A stretch of DNA of 64,000 nt, from NCBI GenBank assembly GCA_023920165.1, contig CP089278.1:868001-932000 (forward strand), read 5' to 3'. The position numbers and the translations under genes were made by a program. The notes under the pieces are model-generated. The model saw nothing but the letters and a program-made list of their open reading frames with translations, was not told the origin of the DNA and made no database searches. How positions within the stretch are numbered: the stretch's first letter is position 1; the number at the start of each line of letters is the position of its first letter. Shown here piece after piece: positions 39,385 through 49,315 of this stretch. Source of the stretch: Curvularia clavata (Eukaryota).

Positions 39385-40958
39385 TTGCCGCCGGGAGATA
39401 GGCGCTGAGGTACTGCTAGCCCCGCTAAGAAGCGAGACGATTGACCTCTAAATTTAGCAGTAAGAAGTCTTTACCCCAGGAATTTTGCTATCTGATTAGC
39501 CTGACACAGAGCCAGAACGACGTATATACCCAGCACGTGACTACGCTTTCCGCTATCTTTAACACGCCCCGGCTCTAGGAACATAATTCCAACCCTACGA
39601 CTCCGAACCCTCCGTCAAATGCTTCCAAACCCTACCTACAGTACTTGTTGTACACCTCCATCCCTTCACTTCCCTCTAGACTCTGTTATCTCCCAATTTC
39701 ACGCCCACTCTCTTACCCACAACCTGCACCTCCCACTCTACCAGTACGTAAACACATCTCCTCCGCATCGCGCAGGAGCGAAAGCTGCTCAGATTCAGCC
39801 ACTGTATTTTCTTGCGCGTCTTAAAGATTGAGAATACTGTGTTCTGTAGGCTGGATGTGCAGCTAGGTAGGATTTCATGGCTCAGAATACTGCTTGGTGA
39901 ATGAGTACAAATGTCAGCTTTCTTAGTCGTGTCGCAAGACGCTTCATAGATCACCCCAATACCTCAATTTTGTGCAGCTTCTTTACTAGAGATAGATTAT
40001 TGATAACCGAATACCAGTTGGCTACCTTCTTTGCCTGAATGTGACGAGGCGCTCTTCAATTCCCACATCAGAATGAAGAAGGGGCTATGAATGCACGTCC
40101 GCCGCAGTGACCACTCACAAGGTGGTACGAATGATAAGAATTGTCAGGTTGAAGTGATCCAGATCTCGCCTTGAGCAAAGCGATGCACCAAAGCATGACG
40201 CTGTCGCCAATTCGTGTATAATAATCAAACGAATAAGGGATAAGTAATCAAAAAGTAGTATCTTAACTGATGGCAGCCCAGATGAACAAGATCTATAAAC
40301 ACTCAAAGCAATCGCACTTAACTCGCCTGATTGATTTCTTCTATCTCTACCTAATCCCTTTTTTCAAGGACGGATATAGATCTCTTGAAGGTACTTGTAT
40401 TGGGGCACTACCCGGCCTACGCCCATTCGGGCCTAGCGCCTTGGTAAGCATAGTTGAATCAGACTGATGTTTTCATAGCAACCATCCTCGGACTACTCTT
40501 ATGTCTTTCGATTCCTTACTCTGTTTGGTCACATTTGGACTATCTCGGCCTGCTCAAGCTCTCTTCTCACGGCGGACTAAATTTTAGCGGGAGGTAGATG
40601 AGTGTTTGCCAGCAGCTGAGCTGTAGTTATACGGCTGTCAGGCTGAAACTTGCATCTCTTTTGAGGAAATCCACCAATGTGGGTGCACCAGCAAGGTATC
40701 ACATGCAGCTAATGTACCCGAAATATACCAGATCCTCGTGTGGCTATGCACGTCTAGCCCGCATCACTCATCGACGTGCATGCGCCTGGAGGGTGCCGTG
40801 GCGGCCACAAGGCTGAGCACTAGTATATACATCCTTCCTTCAGATAGCAAGAGGCCCCTTTCACACCACTTGATTTCCTTCGAGGCGTGCTCTTGATTGC
40901 CCGTCTACATTTTTAGTCCCTTCCTTCTTTCACAGAAGACCCTTCCTAAGAGTAGAAA

Positions 40959-43900
40959 ATGGCGCCTCGACTGCACCGGGATCATTATATGGTGTTGTGG
41001 GTGTGCGCGCTACCCATCGAGCTGGCGGCTGCGCGGGCGATGCTCGATGAAGAGCACGATATCCCCCTCCCCGACGCGCGTCTGTCCGAGGGCTCCAACA
41101 TCAAACACATCTACGGACGAGTTGGTCGTCACAACGTGGTCATCACACGCCTGCTCAAAGAGAAAGAAGGCGCTTACTCGGCTGCTGATACACTAGTAAA
41201 AGACATGATGCGCGTGTTCACATCTTTACGCTTCGGGCTGATGGTAGGCATTGCAGGAGGCGTGCCCAGCAAGAAAGCAGACATCAGGCTCGGAGATGTG
41301 GTCGTCAGCAGCCCATACGGGTTACGTGGTGGGGTAGTACAGTACACCTATGACAATTCCAACAACCGGATCCGTACTGAATCGTCCCTCAACTGGCCAT
41401 TGGAACTATACGACGCTATCGCAAACCTGCGAGCTGAGCATAGAAGAGTAAGGCGTAAACTATACCAGCATCTGTCTAAATTCGAGAGTCTACTAGACTT
41501 TACTCAAGAAACTGCTGGCCCAGACACACTTTACGCCGCTACATATCACCACCAGGGAGGAGCAATATGTCTGCAGTGTGATAAAAGCTACCTGGTAGAT
41601 AGGGAACCGCGCAGTCAAGAGTTGGGTGTAATGGTGCACTATGGCACGATTGCATCGGGCGACCGGATAATGAAGAGCGCGATAGAAAGAGATAAATTCA
41701 GCGCCCAGCTTGGTGATGTGCTCTGCTTCGAGACAGAGATAGCAGGAATGAGCAATAGCGTTCCGAGTCTAGTCATACGTGGTATCAGTGACTACGCAGA
41801 CTCTCACAAGAATGATCGGTGGCAAGCCTACGCAGCCGCAACAGCGGCAGCATATGCGAAAGTAGTGCTGTCGACAATAGCGAAAAGAGATGTAGCTAAG
41901 ATGCCCATGAACTACAAAGTAATTCGAGGACCCTGGGAGAACCCCGTGTCGAGACAGGAGTACAAAAGCATCAAAGAGCTTGTCAACGAAATTGCTGCAG
42001 ACCATCACATCAGCTTTAATTCCATTACCTGGGAGTGGGTATTACCGGCTATCCCTCAGCCAGACATGAAGAACGATGTCGTTCTTATGTGCACAAGTTC
42101 CAGGGCTCATACTGCGGCCGACTTTGCACATGTCCATGCCTTAACTTATTGGGATTATTTGAAGCAGTCTAGATGGGCCGACTTCATCATGGAGATATTG
42201 GAAACACTGGCTCTAGTTGAGCTGGACACGGCACACGGCGGTACGTTTCAGAGCTGTTGAAACGACATTAGAGCTCACTGACCTAGAAACAGGATTTAGT
42301 ATGTACGCCATAAGAAATCCTCGGGTTTGGATTACATGCTCCTTTGTCAATCTTTCAATCAATTTCGGCGACAAGTAGACTGGCCTTGAAATTCTCGATC
42401 TCATTGAAGCGCTGGATTGGCTTTGCAAAAGCATGCGCAGACCCACAAACGAGACTGGCCATGAAGTCTCGTCCGCTTCCTATTCTTTGAAGACCAACGG
42501 CATTACGAAAAAGAAAAATACCATATTTGACCGTATACTGGGTTTCAAGAGTTTAGCACACACAGAGCTGCTTTATGTGAAGATGAAGAGGTCTCCTTTG
42601 CCAAAAATCAAACATGGCTGCTGGTTATCTCTTTTCGACTCTTGTATAATAACCGACTCCCCCTTAACTCCATATAAAGGATCCGGAAAAGGACTAGAAA
42701 CATCATTCGATCTGATGATCATGCTTGCAGCTTCTGAGTTTTGTCTCAAGATTAAGGACAGTCTGGTTTTCCTAGGATATCGAACTCTCTTATACCCGGT
42801 AAAAATCGAAGGGAACTGCGCGCAGTTTCATCTGATTACCACCGATCATGGCCAAATCAACCCTTATACTCTGGATCTGAAGAACATTCTACCCGTTGAC
42901 AATTCCTCCCAGTTTAAGACAATGAGATGTTTCGTCGGCTGGTGTAAAGATGCTCACATCAACCTTGGTACTGAACGCCTTGCTACGCAAATTAGATATA
43001 CAGGCGGCGAAGATCATCCCACGTCACTGGAATTGGATGGGTATTCTCTTCTCGGCCAATTTGGAGCATCTGCTCCTCTTTCAGCTATTGTGGGTGTACA
43101 GCAAAATTTCAAGTACGTCGCCATCGCGTCCGATTCACGCCTACCGAGAACTACCTGGGGCTTCTCCAAGACACCTCACAACAATCAGTAGTCCTGTATG
43201 ATTCAAAGCAACATAGATGTTGGCTTGTGCCAAAACTGAGTCTGCTCTTGCACATGGCCCAGAGATATACCTCGCCTTCCGCGATACCATACGCCAAACC
43301 ACACATGGATGCCCAGGAGCTCATATCTTTTCTAGAACCTGTTGGTCAGACAAAGGTCCTAGCAGGAAATTCCGACCCAATTCAACTCCAGAATCTCTTG
43401 TTCGCACTCAGCATCAGAATGTTGAGCACGACAGAGGCACTGCGGGAGAGCGGTCATGGAAAACTCTATGGATTTGAGTTTATGGATGTTGTTCGAAATC
43501 CTGATCAAGGGTCGTGCATGAAAGAGCTGAAAATAATCTCAAAAAGGAAAGCTTGGCTCGAGCTAGTAAATGGGGTAGGTACAGTGATTGTTTGCTCCGA
43601 CCTGGGTGAAGTTATCTCAGCCGAAGGAAGCAACGCGAGGAAGTGCAGGAAATGCAACAGAGTTCCTGAAAACGAGGATTACTTTACAGCTACAATTCCG
43701 TGCTTATCAAGACTGGCGGAACAGAAAGGTGTGGAGCTTATCGTTGGCAGCGATGGTGTCAAATTGTCAGACAAGGTTATTTGGAAGCTCGAGACGAATC
43801 CTTTTATACAATGCACTCATGAAGAGAGCAGCAACGAAACATGTTGGGAGAGACCTGGGTTAATTCAAAAAGTGGTCCGGCGGGGAGCTTTCAATTGGAC

Positions 43901-43988
43901 AATCCCATTCCGCCTACGGAAACCGCAACCTGCACGACCGGGTCCTGTACAACCACCTCTTGTCAAGGGCGTTGTAGTATTTCGCTAA
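40959..43988 (+). pseudogene. PNP_UDP (Pfs nucleoside phosphorylase) effector domain fused to a non-NOD C-terminal domain; the C-terminal part is disrupted by an in-frame TAG (42376-42378) and a frameshift near 43120
   Basis: PNP_UDP motifs: WVCALPIELAAARAMLDEEH, FGLMVGIAGGVP..DIRLGDVVVS, VHYGTIASGD, CFETEIAG, LVIRGISDYADSHKNDRWQAYAA. A GTACGT..CTGAC..TAG intron at 42241-42286 leads into the frame of ORF 42433 but meets a stop. ORF 43227 is open upstream to ~43121 in a different frame. Confidence 0.75.
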
Positions 43989-44450
43989 GTTTTTGGCAAT
44001 CATTTGGAGCACTGGAGTCTATTACTCATTGTCTGTACTTCGCAATTCTTAAGCGTGCTCTGTATGTCCAATCAACAAGGATATGATAGCTAGTGCGAAT
44101 GCACTAAGGGCAGGGTGTATACCCAGTGCCTTGAGGGCCTGCATCGAGCCATACCCGGCAAAGATTCCATAACAGTTCTATCACAGCCCCTCTACTCTTT
44201 ACTCCACGCTGTTTGTATCTCTATGTTTTGTAGAGATCGATTGTGCAGCAAGCATATAGCTAAAGGAAGCTCTGACGCTAGAAAAGTAATCGCAAAATCA
44301 TGAAGTCTTGCTCACCAGCCCATTTTCAATACCATAGCAACATATACTGAGCTTTTCAAGCTGACTTGGCTCTATTCTTAACAACACGATTTTGAAGCCG
44401 AATATTGGCATTCACACCAAAAGCTCAATTCCTAAACCTAGGTCTTTTCC

Positions 44451-45665
44451 TTACTTCCTCCCCATAACCTCCTCCATCCATGGATACACTGTCGCATTCG
44501 CCTCGGGATATCCCATATGCAATCTCTCTCGCATGAACCGCATCTCTTTGGGACTTCCATACTCCGCCAGAAGCATACTATCTTCAATCGGCATACACCC
44601 ATCCAACACACCATTAACAAGCAACAACCTACAACTCTTCATCCCCTGCGCCACAATCGCCACGCCCTCTCCTTTACCCGAAATAAGACTAAACTCATCC
44701 TGGCACTTCTCCAACATCTCTTCAAAAGACTCATACCCGTATTTCTGTCTATACGCCTCTTCAAGCCCAAACGGGTACTCATGCTTTTTCACCTGTTCGA
44801 GCCACTCCTTGCCGATATAATAATGCGTTCCAGCACCGTGCCCGACACTACCCAGCAACTGGCTCCGATGCGTATGCGCCAGCCGAATCGCATAGTAACC
44901 ACCCGCACTCAATCCCCACGCGATGACTCTCCGCTCATCCAGCTCTGGCGCCTCCGCAATCCACTCTAGGATACTGCTGAACAAGCGATCAGGAGACAGC
45001 GGATCCCGTCTATCCGCCGGACAATCTACCGTGGTGCCGGGGATGTCGCAAATCACTGTTGCCCAGCCGCGATTGAGATGTTCCTGCGTGCGCTCTGTGT
45101 TATCAGGGCGGTGGCCGTCCAAGCCAGTGATGAGGAGCACAGTTGGAAATGACCCTTGGCCGCTGGGTTTGCGCACATAGACCGGGATTTTGTTGCCCTC
45201 GTCTGTCTGGGAGGCGTGCTTGTGCGGTATTATGACTTCTTCGATTGGGCGCTCCCAGAGCTGGGCGCCTTGAAAGTAGACTTTTTTCTGCTCTTCGAAA
45301 ACGCGCCTCTTGAGATCGGTTCCGATGTAGGGGAAGCGGGCGAGGCGGTAGACTGCGTTTGCGTTTAGATAGAGCTTTTTCGCGGCTTCACGGTCTTTGC
45401 TTTCCATCTCTTGTGCCTCTTTGGCTAATTTTTGGGCGGTGGGTAGAAAGGCGTTAGTATATGCATCGTCGTAGGGATCGTTGATGTTGTTGTCGATGAG
45501 GTGCTTGAATATGGGCTCAAAGTCTTCAAACTTTCCATCGTGGAATGGGTAGACGCCTTTGGTGCAGGGGAACTTCCAGCGTTGCTCCCATAGCTTCTGG
45601 ATGCTGCCGCGGTGGCCGTATTCTTTGGTGAAGAGCTCACCGAGAATCCAATTTCCGTTAGGCAT
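44451..45665 (-). CDS. ayg1: Ayg1/Yg1-type polyketide-shortening alpha/beta hydrolase (DHN-melanin pathway family)
   Basis: H.GSIQKLWEQRWKFPCTKGVYPFHDGKFEDFEPIF, YRLARFPY, ITGLDGHRPD, WGLSAGGYYA nucleophile elbow, LLLVNG..DGCMPIEDS, HMGYP. Confidence 0.9.
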   Translation of the reverse strand: MPNGNWILGELFTKEYGHRGSIQKLWEQRWKFPCTKGVYPFHDGKFEDFEPIFKHLIDNNINDPYDDAYTNAFLPTAQKLAKEAQEMESKDREAAKKLYLNANAVYRLARFPYIGTDLKRRVFEEQKKVYFQGAQLWERPIEEVIIPHKHASQTDEGNKIPVYVRKPSGQGSFPTVLLITGLDGHRPDNTERTQEHLNRGWATVICDIPGTTVDCPADRRDPLSPDRLFSSILEWIAEAPELDERRVIAWGLSAGGYYAIRLAHTHRSQLLGSVGHGAGTHYYIGKEWLEQVKKHEYPFGLEEAYRQKYGYESFEEMLEKCQDEFSLISGKGEGVAIVAQGMKSCRLLLVNGVLDGCMPIEDSMLLAEYGSPKEMRFMRERLHMGYPEANATVYPWMEEVMGRK

Positions 45666-45926
45666 TTTGTGTATAACTCGTGTTATTCTGATAAAAACAA
45701 ACAATAAATGGGACTAGTCATGTAATTTTGCAGTATAGAGTAGTGTTGCTTATATCGCTGTTCACTGCAATGTTCGGGATTGGCGGGGCCGAATTGGTAT
45801 ACTCGGCCCGGACGGGCCCCCAAACGGGTGTGAAGACCTGCCATGCAAAAGAATCCGGGGCGTTACAAGTCACTAAGTCAATAGTTAGAGGTGGTCGAAT
45901 TCTAAGTATTTCTAAACCGCGCTAGC

Positions 45927-47529
45927 TCATAAAGATTCTACTATATCATCCTCCTCGTCAGCCTTATGCTTCGTATACTCCCTCAAAACTTCTCCAAGCT
46001 TCGCCCTACCATCTTTCCTCTCGAAAACTTGAGCATGATCTACCGTAGGCCACCAGATAGTCTCTATACCGCGTCCTTTCCATTCAGAATCCTGCCAGTC
46101 ATGATCCTCGCCCTTGAGATCAGCATTGTTAAGGTATTTGCCCACGGTTTGGGTATTGACAATTAGATCTCGGCCACCAAGGCTTACGGTAACATCCCGA
46201 CCTCGCAGGTCCTCCTTCCAAAGGATGTTCTGTGCCCAGAAGAAGTGACGCGCTAATGTGTATGCAACCATCATGTCAGTTGAGGCAAAATAGTAGAGCT
46301 GATGTTCATTCGCCCCTCGAGGACGACGTGCCGTGAAATTGTACGCGACGTCGGGAAGGTGCAGCAGAAATGTCACCGGATCTACCAAGACCATGGGGCC
46401 GATTTTCGCGGCCGTAGTAGGATTCTTAATGAGATGGGTGGAGATCACAGAGCCATAAGAATGGCTAGCAAGGACGACTTTGTCGAAGCCATGGCGCTCG
46501 AGAATCATGTTAATCTGGCGGCACATCTCATCTCTAGCAGGCATGGGCTCCGTGATGCGAAAGCTGATGGGCATGAGTTCGAGTGCGATGATTCCCACTT
46601 GACCATCCTGTGCTGCAAGAGGATCAGGCTTGTTAATCTCGTTCAGGAACTCGACATATGGGTGGAGGCCGATACCGATCCCGTGTATGAAGAGAATCGG
46701 TAGCCGTGTCCGTGAAGTATGAGGTCTATACCAGTAGCTCAGATTCGAAGCGGGTGAGATGTTGCGGGAAGCAAGACTCGCGAGGCGGGGTGGAAAGATA
46801 GCCAGCGAGGAACGGACATGGGTGCGGAATAGCATGAAGCCAGAAAAGCGCAGGCGGATGGCTGTGAGGGTATCCACAAGCATCACAATCTAATATGATT
46901 AGCATTGCGCCACTACGAAAGCGTAGTATACATACCATGTACCACAGAAACGGTCGATGCGACATATTCACCTGGTCAATGGTCAAGCGCAGACTCTTTG
47001 CGCTGCCCTTCCCCGGCGCCAGCTTTCTTCCAAGCATCGTCTCTATGCCATCAGCATACTCATTCAGCTCATCATCCTCTGCCTGACTCTGTTCCGGGTC
47101 TGCTTGTCTCCTCCTCATGCGCTCTTCATCGCTCTCCGTGCCGCGATTCAACAACGCCCACGAGAAGAACTCCCAGACATTCTCTCGCCGCACCTCAGCA
47201 GGCCTTGCTCCCAGAAACCATCGGCTGATATAATATTCTGGGTTCGGAATTTTATCCCAGCATCGCCAGAAAAGCTCTTTTCTCTCTTCCTGTGGAAGGG
47301 GTGGGGGATGCTGAGCTGATGCCTGCAGCGCACGCTTTCGAGGTACGTATACAAGCAGCCAGAATGCGGTTTCGATAGTGCTCCAGGCGAGCAGAAAGCG
47401 GCGGAATGCTGTGTGTGGTGGTTCTGCGATACTGAAGGAGACCCAGAATATGCTGAAAGGTGTAATAGCGCGCAGCCCTAGAATGCATGTCCGGATGAAC
47501 AGGTACCTTGGCACCGTATGGTCTATCAT
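45927..47529 (-). CDS. Membrane-anchored alpha/beta-fold hydrolase; intron 46935-46890
   Basis: N-terminal TM segments, then PILFIHGIGIGLHPY, VLASHSYG (nucleophile), LGGRDLIV and DHA. Confidence 0.85.
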
Positions 47530-47848
47530 GATCGCAGGGAGTAGCGCACGAGGTAGTTCTCAGATCCCCAGCAGTCCCACGCGGAAACGGGGAGTGGTTG
47601 TCGCAATAACACGAACATGTTGACTGTTGATGGACGGCAGCTCCGCCTCCCGCAGGCACCGATGACGCAGCTGCATGCGACTTTTCTGAGTCAGCCACAC
47701 CTCGCAAGCAACACCACGTCTAGAGATGTTGCAGATTGTCGTATATTGTCACCAGATATAGCCACCCTGTGACTGCAGCTCCTGGCTATCAACAGTCCGG
47801 AGAACGACGAACTGACGCAAGCATATTCACCACGCATCCAGCACTGAA

Positions 47849-49315
47849 TTACGGCTCAGGTCCATCACGTGACCAACGGTCAGCCGACCCACGACGAGAC
47901 CCATTCCGAGACCCATTGGATCCATTACGAGGTTTCTTACGGGATACGTTACGAGATCCATCATGAGGACAGCTATTGAAACCGTCGCTTGAACTGCTGT
48001 TAGACCGAAACCTCCAGTTTTCGTCGGGGAACTTTCCCCTACGGCTGTTGAAAGCACCATCACGTCCGTGTATTTGCCTTGGATGTGACATTCGACTGTC
48101 TGAAAATGACGGACAAGAGGTTCTATCACGTGAGAGCGGCCGACCATGATAAGTAGAAGATCTTCCTCGTGGGAGAGGCTTGTTCTTTTGCTTCTTAAGA
48201 GCGCGTGCCTGTGCATCCCTCTTCCGCCGTAAAAGTGCCTTCGCGTTCGCAATACACATACAGTGTGCTGTGATGTGATCCTCGCCAGGTTCGAGCTTGC
48301 AGTTTTGTTCTTTGCACTCATCGCAGTGAAGGTCAGTTGCTGTGCAAGCAGACTTCATGTGTCCCTTCTGGCCACATCTCCAGCAGTATTCTTTCACGCC
48401 GCCAATAGACTTGAAATTGGCGACGCTGTACTCCTCAATACCAGCAGCCACTTCCTTCATGGTCTTCCCCGGTTGCATCCTGCACGCGTGTCTGCCAAGC
48501 CCAAGCTGAAATGCAGAGATCAGTGTGCGACCTGCATCGTTAGCAGCAGTATGGGGATCACTGTGTTCAAAAAGCAGATTTTCCACAAGATGACATAGAC
48601 CAATCTGATGTTTTCCCGGCATATACCACTCATTCCTGTCCCGCGCAAGGACTTGTGTGTCGATGTATCGAACAACCGTGCCAAGGGGATCCATGTCGAA
48701 TTCGATCGCTTTCTTCTTGAGATTGTTTCTATCGTGACCAACATCATGGCCCAAGACGACTACTGGATGGTTTCCCTTCAGCCCTGGGACGTTTCGAATT
48801 GGCTGAACGAATAGATCGTGCAGGATCTGGCGGGCTTCCGCAAAGGTAACGAAGCGCCCTTGTCCGAATCTGTTGCCGAGTACACCACGAGACCTGGGGT
48901 TCTGGTTTGGAAGATGCGATGTCTCTATCAAGCGCAGCAAGTTGAACTGAACATTTTGCATCAACTTTTCACCGTAGGGACCAATATCCCCCGTTTTCAT
49001 GACCGATACAATATTTTGGCGAGAGAAGGTGGCAATGCCGACTTCCGTTGTCTCGTCGGTATTGTTAGACCAGTGTTCGCAATCCAGGCATACTACAATG
49101 ATATGGTCGGCAGCTTCCTTCGCGAAATCGGGAATGTCGGGAATGTACCTCATCCCTATACAGTACTCCCATACCTCAAGGTCTGTGTGGCGCTCAAAAC
49201 AATCTTCAAGTGCGCTGATAACGGAACGTTGCTGGTTTTGCGTAGGCATGGTAAAAGGAAGTGTCATGGGCGGTGACAATCGTTCGAACTTCTTATTCTT
49301 GTTGTTGGGCGACAT
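47849..49315 (-). CDS. Gfd2/YDR514C/QIP-like DEDDh exonuclease with two CCHC zinc knuckles and an R/S/G-rich basic tail (copy 2)
   Basis: VCLDCEHW..TTEVG, VLGHDVGHD, IDTQ and PHTAAND. Knuckles are CWRCGQKGHMKSAC and CDECX12HX4C. Confidence 0.85.
   Translation of the reverse strand: MSPNNKNKKFERLSPPMTLPFTMPTQNQQRSVISALEDCFERHTDLEVWEYCIGMRYIPDIPDFAKEAADHIIVVCLDCEHWSNNTDETTEVGIATFSRQNIVSVMKTGDIGPYGEKLMQNVQFNLLRLIETSHLPNQNPRSRGVLGNRFGQGRFVTFAEARQILHDLFVQPIRNVPGLKGNHPVVVLGHDVGHDRNNLKKKAIEFDMDPLGTVVRYIDTQVLARDRNEWYMPGKHQIGLCHLVENLLFEHSDPHTAANDAGRTLISAFQLGLGRHACRMQPGKTMKEVAAGIEEYSVANFKSIGGVKEYCWRCGQKGHMKSACTATDLHCDECKEQNCKLEPGEDHITAHCMCIANAKALLRRKRDAQARALKKQKNKPLPRGRSSTYHGRPLSRDRTSCPSFSDSRMSHPRQIHGRDGAFNSRRGKFPDENWRFRSNSSSSDGFNSCPHDGSRNVSRKKPRNGSNGSRNGSRRGSADRWSRDGPEP

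Noticed and set aside
11760..44300. Starship-type giant element carrying the accessory genes
   Set aside because: No tyrosine-recombinase captain, DUF3723, ferric reductase or patatin gene was seen, and core genes (PTR2, DUG2) are interleaved.
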